Shown one piece after another: positions 16,848 to 26,137 of a stretch of 35,207 bases of DNA. The DNA is from a virus. Lineage: Duplodnaviria; Caudoviricetes. Under the pieces are notes generated by a model. The model did no database searches and was not told the origin of the DNA. It saw only the letters and a list, made by a program, of their open reading frames with translations. The DNA lies in the IMG/VR virus record IMGVR_UViG_3300009131_000004, positions 1 through 35,207 of that record. The stretch is one strand, 5' to 3'. The translations under genes were made by a program, and so were the position numbers. Within the stretch, counting starts at the first letter, position 1; the number at the start of each line of letters is the position of its first letter.

Positions 16848-16892
16848 GTGCAGCAACCCTGACGCCGACCGAAGCATCGAGGAGAAGGGCCG

Positions 16893-17990
16893 ATGGCCGA
16901 ATCCGTTGTTCAGATCCGATGGGCGTACTCGAACAAGCGACAGAGTGCGTACCAGACCGAGAGTCCCTCGGGAGACATCACGCAGTCGCATCCGTTCGTT
17001 GGGGCCGACATGGGCGAGCACACGCCGAACATGTCGGACAACGCTCAGCAGTACGGCAAGGGGCACGAGTTCGCGACCCGCAACGAGATCCTCTCGTGGG
17101 AGTCGATGTTCCGGCGCTCCTTCCAAGCGACCACCAAGATCCTTGGGTGGGCGTTTGCCTTCCACACGGGGTCGGTGAACACCACAAACCTCGGTGGCGG
17201 GGCGTACCAGCACGTCTGCGAGTATCAGGACCCCCTCGGGACGGGCTACTACGGCTCCGGCCGTCAGCAGCCGGTTGCGACCATCTACGAGTTGGTGGCC
17301 AGCAACCTCCTGCGCATCTTCCCCTCGATGGCGGTCAAGGCCGTCGAGGTCACCGGCCAGCAGAACGACTGGGTGCTCTGCGCACTGGAGATGCAGGGCA
17401 GCGGCTCGATGCGCCGCATCCAGCCGTCCGACTTCACGTGGCCGGACTCGACCGACGCTACGCTCGGAGGCGAGGGCACGCTCCTGCGCAACGCCAGCCT
17501 GCTCTTCGAGCATGGGGTGTACGGCGGGGCTCAGGCCGATGAGTCGTGCAACGTGCGCAGCTTCCGGTTCCGGTCGGAGTACGCCTACTTCGACACGGAC
17601 GGGTACTGCCCCGGCTCCGGCTACCTCGTGAGCGGCGACCCGCACTCGGGGCAGATCCGGAACAAGCTGGAGTTCGCGCGCCGCGCCGTGGTCTTCGAGT
17701 TCGTCGTGAAGGCCCCGAGCACCGGCAACGTCATGTTCACGCGGCTCGAAGCCGCGACGAAGATGGCGGCCACGCTCACGGTCACCGGGGACGAGATCGC
17801 CTCCTCGGGCTACGACCACACGCTGAAGATCGAGATCCCGCAGTTGAACTACCGGGCTGTGCCCATCGGGACTGACGGGGATCAGATCATCTACTCTGCG
17901 AGCACCATCGTCTTCTACGACAACTCGGAAGCGAACCCGTGGAAGGTGACGGTGAACAACCAGTTCGCCAGCTACCTCGTCTCGTCGTAG
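16893..17990 (+). CDS. Major tail tube protein
   Basis: GGAGAAGGG SD; 365 aa, beta-rich; C-terminal LKIEIPQLNY...VTVNNQFASY; precedes TAC and TMP. Confidence 0.8.
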   Translation: MAESVVQIRWAYSNKRQSAYQTESPSGDITQSHPFVGADMGEHTPNMSDNAQQYGKGHEFATRNEILSWESMFRRSFQATTKILGWAFAFHTGSVNTTNLGGGAYQHVCEYQDPLGTGYYGSGRQQPVATIYELVASNLLRIFPSMAVKAVEVTGQQNDWVLCALEMQGSGSMRRIQPSDFTWPDSTDATLGGEGTLLRNASLLFEHGVYGGAQADESCNVRSFRFRSEYAYFDTDGYCPGSGYLVSGDPHSGQIRNKLEFARRAVVFEFVVKAPSTGNVMFTRLEAATKMAATLTVTGDEIASSGYDHTLKIEIPQLNYRAVPIGTDGDQIIYSASTIVFYDNSEANPWKVTVNNQFASYLVSS

Positions 17991-18017
17991 TTCCCCCCAC
18001 GACGAGCGGAACCCGAA

Positions 18018-18066
18018 GGGGGCGGCGGGATTGTCCGCCCCCACCCCACGCACCGGGGTCCGGTGC
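18018..18066 (+). other. Two intergenic hairpins after the tube gene
   Basis: GGGGGCGG..CCGCCCCC and GCACCGG-ggt-CCGGTGC; no U-tract. Confidence 0.5.
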
Positions 18067-18086
18067 CCAGACTGTAGGAGGCCCGC

Positions 18087-18590
18087 ATGGCTACGAAGCT
18101 CCGCCTGAAGCCTGAAGACTACGAGAAGATCGACCGGATCGTTGGACTGTCCGGCGAGGAGTACTACTCCGTCGTGACGCACCGCGTCCGGGGGAAGTGG
18201 ATCCGTTCCATCCACGTCTTCGCCCGGCAGCCCATGACCAAGGAACTCACCGAGTACGAGAACACCGCCTCGCGGATCAAGATGAAGGGCAACCGGACCG
18301 AGGTCGAAGGGTCCCAGTTGCTCGCCGCCAAGCACCTCTACGACGCGCTCATCTCCCGCGCGTACGACGTGCCCGTGGGCTGGAAGATCTACGGCGAGGT
18401 CGATGTCGATGAGACCGGCGCGGTGAAGAGCGGCAAGCCGCTCGACCGCCCCGAAGCCGTCAAGACCGTTCCCGCCACCATCAAACGCGAGGCCCTGCGC
18501 GACACGTTCGGCGAGGTCTACTCCGAGGCGCGCGTCGCGGAGATGGAAGGCGAGGACGAAGAGGTCAAGGGCGACAAGGAGGAGGACTGA
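18087..18590 (+). CDS. Tail assembly chaperone (lambda G-like)
   Basis: AGGAGG SD; lies between tube and TMP. Confidence 0.75.
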   Translation: MATKLRLKPEDYEKIDRIVGLSGEEYYSVVTHRVRGKWIRSIHVFARQPMTKELTEYENTASRIKMKGNRTEVEGSQLLAAKHLYDALISRAYDVPVGWKIYGEVDVDETGAVKSGKPLDRPEAVKTVPATIKREALRDTFGEVYSEARVAEMEGEDEEVKGDKEED

Positions 18591-18993
18591 CCGGGCCACG
18601 GGGCTCCGGCTGGCCATGCGGTCGGCCCTCTACCTGACGAAGCGGGACAGCTTCGGGTGTGAGAAGCCGGACTGCGAGTGCCCGAAGCACCTGCGCATCG
18701 ACGGCCTCGGCGAGCCGGACACGACGCTCACCCCGCGTGTCCGGCACATCGTCAGGCTGGAGTCGATGGTCAACGTCGGGTGCAAGTTCGGGCCGAATGA
18801 CCTGAAGCCGGACCAGTGGCGAGACCTGATCGTCCTCGCGCAGGAGCGCAACTGGATAGACGAGAGGGTGCAGGAGCACCGGGAGAAGGCAAGGGAGGAG
18901 CAGGCGCAGATCGACAAGGCGATGGCTGAGGCCCGAAAAGCCTCCGGGGTCCCGTCGCCGGGCCAGTCGCTCTTTCCGGGGAAGGGGAAGTAA
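18589..18993 (+). CDS. Tail assembly chaperone C-terminal (T-like) segment, probably reached by +1 recoding; first ATG at 18616
   Basis: +1 frame is open across the upstream stop (DRATGLRLAMRS...); no SD before ATG 18616; ends 3 nt before the TMP. Confidence 0.65.
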   Translation, partial: DRATGLRLAMRSALYLTKRDSFGCEKPDCECPKHLRIDGLGEPDTTLTPRVRHIVRLESMVNVGCKFGPNDLKPDQWRDLIVLAQERNWIDERVQEHREKAREEQAQIDKAMAEARKASGVPSPGQSLFPGKGK

Positions 18994-18996
18994 CCG

Positions 18997-21900
18997 ATGG
19001 CGATGCTGGCGGTCCTCGACGTAGACGATCTCGCGACGCCGAAGATCCAGCGGGTGAAGAACGCCCTCGACGATCTGACCGCCCAGACGGCTCAGACCGC
19101 GAAGGCCACGGCCTCGGCCTCGAAGGGCTTCATCGACCCCAACGCCATCGAGGACCAACTCAAGAACCTGACGGCGCTCAACCGGGAGATGGCCCAACTC
19201 CGTACCCAGTCCGGAGCGTGGTCCATCCTCGGCAAGCAGATGCAGGAGGGCACGAAGGTCACCAAGACGCAGGCCGCTGCGCTCATGGACCTGAGCGGTG
19301 CCCTCCTGATGAGCGACAACGCCTCCCACAAGCTCCAGTACGGCTCGATGGTGCTGGCCGGCGGCCTCAAGGAGGGGGCCGTCGTCACGGGAGAACTGCG
19401 CGAGAAGCTCCTCGCGATGGGGCAGGAGTTCGACAAGGCCAACGGGTTCATCTCGAAGACCGCCCCGGAGGCGAAGAAGGCCGACGATGCGCTCGCCGGC
19501 ATGGCGAAGACGGCTGGCACGCTCATGGGCGCGCTCGCCGCGCTCGGGGCCAGCTACAAGCTCAAGGGCCTGCTGGAGGAGAGCTTCAACCTCGCGGCAC
19601 GCAATCAGGTGCTCTCGACGACCATTCAGGTCGTCAGCAAGAACGCGCACATCGCCAGCAACGAGATGGAGTTGCAGGCGCAGAAGGTCAAGGCACTCGG
19701 CATCACCACGCGCGAGGCGCGCGAGGCCGTCATCTCGTTCGCGCAGGCGCAGTTGAACATCGCCGACACGGCGAAGATCGCGCGGGTCGCGCAGGACCTC
19801 GCGGTCGTGGCCGGCGTGAACTCCTCGCAGGCCTTCGACCGCCTGACCCGCGCCATCCAGTCTCAGCAGGCCGAGATCCTCCGCAGCTTCGGCATCGTCA
19901 AGAACACGAACCTGATCTACTCCGAGTACGCGGCCACCCTCGGCAAGGGGGTGAAGCAACTCACCGATCTGGAGAAGAAGCAGGCCTTCGTCAACCTGAT
20001 CATCAAGGAGGGCGAGAAGGTCGCCGGGGCCTACACCAACGCGATGAACGACGTTGGTAAGGCGATGACCTCGATGTCTCGGTACACCGAGGAGGCCAAG
20101 GCCAAGCTCGGGGAGGCCCTGCTCCCCATCATGCTGAAGATCGTGCTCGCCGCGACCGAGGTCCTGAAGTGGTTCGGGAACCTCTCGCCTGAGACCTACA
20201 AGTGGGCGGCGGCCATCGGTGCGGCCGTCGTCGTGATGACCTCGTTCCTCGGCATCGTGATGGCCGTGTCGGCGGCCCTCCCTCTGCTCGCCGCTGCATG
20301 GGCCGCGCTACTCGGCCCTATCGGGCTCGTCGCGCTCGCCATCGGGGCTGTCACCGCCGCCATCGTGCTCTTCACCGCCACCTCGACGCCGCAGGTTGAG
20401 AAGGCCAACGAGCGGGCGCTCGCGTACAAGGCCGAGGCCGAGACGCTTGAAGGCCTGAAGAAGAAGCTCGGGGAGCAGAAGGAGGCCTACGAGAAGGCCA
20501 ACGCTGCCTCCGCTGACACGATGGACCGGACCGGGAAGATCGACAAGGCCGCGCGGGACTATCAGGTCACCCTCGCGAAGATCTCCGAGACCTACCCCGG
20601 TGTCATCCGGGGCGAGCAGGCGGTCGGCGAGCAGTACGAGGCGAACGTCAAGCGCATCGACGATCAGATCCTCAAGCTCAAGGAACAGCAGATCATCCAA
20701 CAGCAGGTGGCCATCTCCGAGGGGAAGAGGGCCAAGGAGGAACTCGACAAGGCCACGGACAACGCAAACCGGCTCCGGGAACTGTACGCCCGTGTCCAGT
20801 CGGGCGGGGAGGGCGAGGTCCGGAAGGTCTGGGCGGAACTGGCAGCGACGGTCGGGGCCGTTTCGCCGGCCATCCTGAACGTCATGCAGATGATGGACGC
20901 CTTCGGCATGACCACTCAGCAGAAGGCGCTCCTGCTGAAGGTTCTCGGCAAGGCCCTCGGTGACGCCGAGGAGGATCTGAAGTCCCTCACCGCCCAGTTC
21001 GAGAAGTTCAAGGCCATCCTCGATCAGATCGACCCGTCCCGAGCGGCAGCCCGCGTGACGGCGGAAGTGGAGCGCATCTCCTCGGCAGCCGGCGGGATGG
21101 AGAAGTTCGCGGCCCGAGCCAAGCAACTTGGCGTAGACGTGACGCCCGTCGTGTCCTTCGACCGGAACAAGTTCGAGAAGGACGTGAAGGCGAAGATCGA
21201 CGAGGCGAACACCATCTACGGCAAGGCGATGGCGGCCACGGGGGAACGCCGCACCGCGCTCATGCGCGACTACGTTCGGGTGTTCGGGGAGATGGAGGCC
21301 CTCAGCAAGGAGACCACCGACAAGATCCTCGCGGCCGAGAACAACTTCACCACCAAGGACGCCGAGGACAAGAAGAAGCGGCAGGAAAACCTCCAGAAGT
21401 GGCAGGCGGCCTACAAGCAGACGTACGAGTCGATCACCGAGACCAACGCCACGGCCGGCGCGAACTTCGCGGGCGCAGCGGCAGCCCTCAACAAGGCCGG
21501 CCTGAGCACCGAGGAGTATGCGAGCCGGCTGCTCCGGGCGAAGAGCATCGTCGAGGCCTTCAACAAGGCCTCCCCGGAGATGAGGGCGAAGTTCAAGGAA
21601 CTGGCCGTCGCCGCCGACGAACTCGCGCGCATCAAGCTGCACGACACCCTCGACAAGTGGGAGAAGAAGTTCACCGAGGTCTCGACCAACGTCAAGGAGT
21701 CGGTCAACGACATGATGGAGGCCTTCGAGCGCGGCTCAGCCGAGCGCATCGAGGCCGCCGGACGCAAGCAGGTCGAGGAGGAGCGGAAGCTCGCGCGCAC
21801 GGTCGAGCAACTCCAGACGGAGTTGTACGAGCGGACCGTGGTCGCGAAGATGAAGGAGGTGGACCAGAAGATCTACGCCAACAACAAGTACTTCGAGAAC

Positions 21901-24858
21901 TACCGCCGGGGCATCGAGGATCAGATCCGCGCCCTACGGCTCGCGCAGGAGGAAGAGGCCCGCGCCATCCTGAAGCGGCAGGAGGCCGCCGAGCGCCAAC
22001 TCGACGACACCATCCACAAGGCGAAGATGCGCTTCAAGATCGAGGTCGAGACGGAGACCGAGATCGAGAAGGCGAAGAAGGCCATTCAGGAGGGCGGCAG
22101 CAAGGAAGAGATCGAGCGGAAGATCGCCGCCATCAAGCAGCGGTTCGACAATGAGATGAACCTGCTCCGCGATCAGGGGATGCGCCGGATCGCCGAGGCC
22201 ACGGCCCGCGAGCAGGAGGAACTTCGGATCCGGAAGGAGGGGCAGGACAAGCAGATCGCCATCATGGAGGAGACGGCGGAGCGCAGCAAGGACGTGCAGG
22301 CGCGGACCAATCAGGAGATCCGCAACGACTACGACAAGCTGCAACAGTACGCGAAGATGGCCTTCGGGGGCATCGTCGAAGGCATAACCTCCAACTTCGA
22401 GAAGGTCCTCACCGGGCAGGCTTCCTTCAAGGACGCCTTGATCGGCATCTGGCAGTCGATCAAGTCCACCATCTCCGGCATCATCGACTCCATCGTCAAG
22501 TCGTGGATCCAAGGGGCCATGAGGATGGCCACGGCGAACGGGGGCTTCTCTCCCGGCACGTTCCTCTCGGGCCTGCTCGGGAAGGGCGGGCCGATGGGTG
22601 GGCAGGGCGCGGGTGCGGACTTCGTGGGTCCGCCCGCCCCCGGTGGCGGCGGGCTGTTCGGCGGCCACATGTGGGGGAAGGGCCTGACGACGGGCGGGAA
22701 GGTGATGGGCGGCCTCGGGGGTGGGGCTATCGGTGGCATGGTCGGCTTCAGCGTGGGCCAGTCCACCGGCTCGAAGACGTGGGGTGCCGCCTCAGGAGCC
22801 GCCACGGGTGCAGCAACCGGAGCCATGTTCGGCGGACCCATCGGAGCCGGCATCGGCGCGGGCATCGGCGCGCTCGCTGGCCTGATCGGCGGCTGGCTCG
22901 GAGGGAAGAAGCAGGCCGAGGAGGCGAAGAAGATGCGGGAGGAGTTGATCCAGCAAGCCGGAGGGCTGGAGCAACTCAAGAAGAAGGCGGAGGAGGCGGG
23001 CTTCAGCATGGACAAGCTGATGAGCACGAAGAAGCCCAAGGACCTCCAGAGGGAGATCGAGAAGCTGAACAAGGCCCTCGAAGCGCAGGCGAAGATCGAG
23101 GCGCTCAAAAAGGCCAAGGAGGGACTCGACGACACCTACACGAAGATGATTACCCTCCAGAAGCAGGCGCAACTCGTCGGCTTCGACATGAAGAAGCTGT
23201 ACGACGCGAAGACCATCGAGGAGTTCAACGCCGAGCAGGAGAAGCTGAACAAGCTCCTCGAAGATCAGGCGAAGCGGATGGCCGGCCTGAACATGGCGGC
23301 CACCGGGCTCGCGAGCCGGGTGAAGGGGCTGACCGGGTTCCTCGAACGGTCCGTCGAGGACTGGTTCAAGCAGTTCTCCGACGAGAACCGGGAACGGTTC
23401 GAGGAGGACTTCAAGAAGGCCGGCGAGGCGGGCTTCAAGGGCTCGGAGTTCGAGTTCGCCCGCGCGAACGCCGAGAAGTACGGCCTCTCGCTCGACCGGC
23501 TCAACGAGCGGCAGGCGCGCGTGCAGGAGTCGATCAACCGCATCGGCCAGTACGCCACGGCCACCTTCGGCGGCATCCTCCGCGAGACCGGCGACATCAC
23601 GCAGGCCTTCGCCGCCGTCGCCGGTCCGCTCGACGAACTCGCCGCCATCATGGAGCAGACCGGCACGAAGGCCGAAGGCGCGCTCGGCTACCTGATGGAG
23701 TTCCGGAACACCATCCGGAACAACGAGGACGTGGCTGCCTCCCTGAGCGGCATCAACCAGATGCTCATGGGGCTGGCCGACGCCGGCCGGCTCACCGCCG
23801 AGATGTTCAACACGTTCGGGGCCGACGCCTCTGAGCAGTGGCGAATCATGGAGGAGCGGGGGGTCGCCGCCGATCAGGCGCTCCTGCTCATGCAGCCCAC
23901 CTTGCAGGCCCTCTATGAGGCCCAGAAGAACTATGGCTTCGCGACCGACGAGGCCACCCAGAAGCTCATCGACATGGGTGTGGCCAACGGCGTGGTCGGC
24001 GACCAGTTTCAGGATGTCAACAGCAAGATGCTGGACATGCTGACGATCATCGCCGAGGCCCTCGGCGCGACCATCCCGGACGCCTACAAGCGGCAGTCGC
24101 AGGCGGCAGCCGAGGCCGGGCAGGCTGGCACGCAGGCCGCGCAGGACACCGCCGCCGGGCTCGAAGAGCAGGCCCGGCAATCGGAGGAGGCCTACAAGCG
24201 GTGGCAACAGCTTGAGCGGGAGATGAGCCGGGTGGACACCTCGGGGGTGGACGGCCTCGCCGACGCCGTGGGTGGACTGCCCGACAAGTTCGGCGATGCG
24301 GCTGCGGCGGCGTGGGACGCCTCACAGGAAATTCAGGACGCGATGGCTGCGGCGCAGCCGGACGTGGACGCCATCTCCCTCGGCCACTCGCCGGGCGGCC
24401 TCAAGGAGATCCGCATCAAGTTGCGGGAGGCCATCGACTCCCTCCGGGAGTTCCGGGCAGCCGGGCGCGAGAACCTGCGGGGCGTCGAGGACTCGGTGAA
24501 CGCCGTCGTGGACCGCATGGGTGAGGTCAAGCCGGCGACCGACGACGTGTTCAAGGGCGACCGGAAGGACAGCACGGACCCGTTCGCTGACGAGACGGCC
24601 CCGCGCCCGGTGGTGGCGGCTCCGCCTACGGGCGAGCAGCCGGCCGAGGGGGAGAAGAAGCCCGAGCAGCCGGCCGTGCAGGTGGTGCTCTCGCCGGAGT
24701 TCAAGATCGACACCATCGACGCCGCCGGGATGGAGGCCGCTGTCCGCGAGAAGATCGGGCCGCAGATGATTGCCCAGATGCGGAACAACACGGACCAGTT
24801 GACGGTGGAGATCGGCCGTGCGCTCGACCGCTACTTCGGAGGGCGGAAGTCTGCATGA
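18997..24858 (+). CDS. Tail tape measure protein
   Basis: 1953 aa, Ala/Lys/Glu-rich helical; hydrophobic segments near 20130-20390; Gly-rich segment near 22540-22900; follows the chaperones. Confidence 0.95.
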   Translation: MAMLAVLDVDDLATPKIQRVKNALDDLTAQTAQTAKATASASKGFIDPNAIEDQLKNLTALNREMAQLRTQSGAWSILGKQMQEGTKVTKTQAAALMDLSGALLMSDNASHKLQYGSMVLAGGLKEGAVVTGELREKLLAMGQEFDKANGFISKTAPEAKKADDALAGMAKTAGTLMGALAALGASYKLKGLLEESFNLAARNQVLSTTIQVVSKNAHIASNEMELQAQKVKALGITTREAREAVISFAQAQLNIADTAKIARVAQDLAVVAGVNSSQAFDRLTRAIQSQQAEILRSFGIVKNTNLIYSEYAATLGKGVKQLTDLEKKQAFVNLIIKEGEKVAGAYTNAMNDVGKAMTSMSRYTEEAKAKLGEALLPIMLKIVLAATEVLKWFGNLSPETYKWAAAIGAAVVVMTSFLGIVMAVSAALPLLAAAWAALLGPIGLVALAIGAVTAAIVLFTATSTPQVEKANERALAYKAEAETLEGLKKKLGEQKEAYEKANAASADTMDRTGKIDKAARDYQVTLAKISETYPGVIRGEQAVGEQYEANVKRIDDQILKLKEQQIIQQQVAISEGKRAKEELDKATDNANRLRELYARVQSGGEGEVRKVWAELAATVGAVSPAILNVMQMMDAFGMTTQQKALLLKVLGKALGDAEEDLKSLTAQFEKFKAILDQIDPSRAAARVTAEVERISSAAGGMEKFAARAKQLGVDVTPVVSFDRNKFEKDVKAKIDEANTIYGKAMAATGERRTALMRDYVRVFGEMEALSKETTDKILAAENNFTTKDAEDKKKRQENLQKWQAAYKQTYESITETNATAGANFAGAAAALNKAGLSTEEYASRLLRAKSIVEAFNKASPEMRAKFKELAVAADELARIKLHDTLDKWEKKFTEVSTNVKESVNDMMEAFERGSAERIEAAGRKQVEEERKLARTVEQLQTELYERTVVAKMKEVDQKIYANNKYFENYRRGIEDQIRALRLAQEEEARAILKRQEAAERQLDDTIHKAKMRFKIEVETETEIEKAKKAIQEGGSKEEIERKIAAIKQRFDNEMNLLRDQGMRRIAEATAREQEELRIRKEGQDKQIAIMEETAERSKDVQARTNQEIRNDYDKLQQYAKMAFGGIVEGITSNFEKVLTGQASFKDALIGIWQSIKSTISGIIDSIVKSWIQGAMRMATANGGFSPGTFLSGLLGKGGPMGGQGAGADFVGPPAPGGGGLFGGHMWGKGLTTGGKVMGGLGGGAIGGMVGFSVGQSTGSKTWGAASGAATGAATGAMFGGPIGAGIGAGIGALAGLIGGWLGGKKQAEEAKKMREELIQQAGGLEQLKKKAEEAGFSMDKLMSTKKPKDLQREIEKLNKALEAQAKIEALKKAKEGLDDTYTKMITLQKQAQLVGFDMKKLYDAKTIEEFNAEQEKLNKLLEDQAKRMAGLNMAATGLASRVKGLTGFLERSVEDWFKQFSDENRERFEEDFKKAGEAGFKGSEFEFARANAEKYGLSLDRLNERQARVQESINRIGQYATATFGGILRETGDITQAFAAVAGPLDELAAIMEQTGTKAEGALGYLMEFRNTIRNNEDVAASLSGINQMLMGLADAGRLTAEMFNTFGADASEQWRIMEERGVAADQALLLMQPTLQALYEAQKNYGFATDEATQKLIDMGVANGVVGDQFQDVNSKMLDMLTIIAEALGATIPDAYKRQSQAAAEAGQAGTQAAQDTAAGLEEQARQSEEAYKRWQQLEREMSRVDTSGVDGLADAVGGLPDKFGDAAAAAWDASQEIQDAMAAAQPDVDAISLGHSPGGLKEIRIKLREAIDSLREFRAAGRENLRGVEDSVNAVVDRMGEVKPATDDVFKGDRKDSTDPFADETAPRPVVAAPPTGEQPAEGEKKPEQPAVQVVLSPEFKIDTIDAAGMEAAVREKIGPQMIAQMRNNTDQLTVEIGRALDRYFGGRKSA

Positions 24859-26132
24859 GCGTGCTTTTCGTCTACGGCCTCGGGCTCCTGAGCCATCCCA
24901 TCGGGCCGAGCGGGGCTCCCACGAGCGGGTACGTCTCCCCGGCAGCCTCGATGTCGGTAGGCACGGCAGACCGGGGCTACGGCCCGGAGAACCTCATCGA
25001 CGGGGTGGCCGGCGTCTACAGCCGGGCGAACGAGATCACGGCGGCCTACGCCATCGATCTCGGGTCCGCGAAGACGCCGCAACTGGCGGCGGTCTTCAAC
25101 CACAACATCGACCCGGTGGCCGACTGCCACTTGCAGGCCACGGCCTCCCCCTCCGGGGACTTCAGCGTGCTCACGGCGGACGTGCCCATGACGCCCGCGC
25201 AGCCGGCCTTCTGGGTGGACCTGCGCAGCCTCGGGGTGAGCGCCCGATGGTGGCGGCTCTCGGTGACGAGCAACACCGCCAACGTGAAGGTCGGGGAGTT
25301 CGTCCTCGGCCGGACCACCGAGGTCCAGAGCTACCAGTGGGGGTATCAGGACAGCCTCGCCTACCTCGAACGGATGCGGGGCGCGACCGACTACGGCACC
25401 CTCTCCCGGACGAAACACGGGATCAAGATGCGGAAGCGCGAAGTCCGCTTCGTCGGCCCCGACACGGTGGAGCGGGCGCTCCGGACCATCGACGCCCATC
25501 AGGCACGCTCTCCGTGGCCAGTCGTCTTCGTGCCTGACGATGCCAGCACGGACGTGTGGCTCATCGAGTGGCCGGACGAGTATGGGATCAAGCGGGTTAT
25601 CGAGAACCGGCGCGAGGTCACCCTCCCGCTGATGGAGCAGTCGCCGGGGCTGCTCACGTCCGTTCTGGGGGGCATCGAGGAGGCTACCGACGTGTCAACA
25701 CACCGCGCGCATGTGTACCTGAGCGCCACCATCAACATCTCCGACGCCACGCCGACGGTGGTCCCGTTCGATTCCGAGGTCTACGACGTTGGCGACCTGC
25801 ACGACAACGCTGTCAACCCGAACCGCATCACCATCGTCGAGACCGGGTGGTACCTGATCATCGCGCAGGCCTCGTGGCTGACCTCTTCCGGTGGCCGGAA
25901 GTCCATCAAGATCCTCGTGGACGGGACCATCGAGGGCATCGGCGAGGTGCCGGACGCGGGTGACAGTGGGCAGGCGATCTCTCACCCGGCCATCACCTTC
26001 ATGTCGATCAACGCCGGCTCCTACATCGAGGCCGAAGTCAGGCAGGACAGTGGGGGCGTGCTCGGGCTGCTCGGGGGCAACAAGGCCTTCGCGCACATGA
26101 AGGTCATCAAGCTGCCGTTCGTGGAGACGTAA
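24855..26132 (+). CDS. Distal-tail-like protein with discoidin-like insertion and C-terminal C1q/TNF-like domain
   Basis: Follows TMP (ATGA overlap); ENLIDG..IDLG..NHN..ARWWRL; C-terminal VPFDSEVYD...RITIVETGWYLI. Confidence 0.6.
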   Translation: MSVLFVYGLGLLSHPIGPSGAPTSGYVSPAASMSVGTADRGYGPENLIDGVAGVYSRANEITAAYAIDLGSAKTPQLAAVFNHNIDPVADCHLQATASPSGDFSVLTADVPMTPAQPAFWVDLRSLGVSARWWRLSVTSNTANVKVGEFVLGRTTEVQSYQWGYQDSLAYLERMRGATDYGTLSRTKHGIKMRKREVRFVGPDTVERALRTIDAHQARSPWPVVFVPDDASTDVWLIEWPDEYGIKRVIENRREVTLPLMEQSPGLLTSVLGGIEEATDVSTHRAHVYLSATINISDATPTVVPFDSEVYDVGDLHDNAVNPNRITIVETGWYLIIAQASWLTSSGGRKSIKILVDGTIEGIGEVPDAGDSGQAISHPAITFMSINAGSYIEAEVRQDSGGVLGLLGGNKAFAHMKVIKLPFVET

Positions 26133-26137
26133 AAGCC

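Noticed and set aside
18480-18590. Canonical -1 slippery heptamer for the tail chaperone
   Set aside because: No XXXYYYZ was found near the gene end, and the downstream ORF is in the +1 frame
16047-18617. 856-aa minus-strand ORF and other long antisense ORFs (4052-5680, 10931-12121, 18565-19959, 22792-24207)
   Set aside because: Shadow frames of high-GC3 plus-strand genes; no SD or recognisable motifs, and they fully overlap clear structural genes
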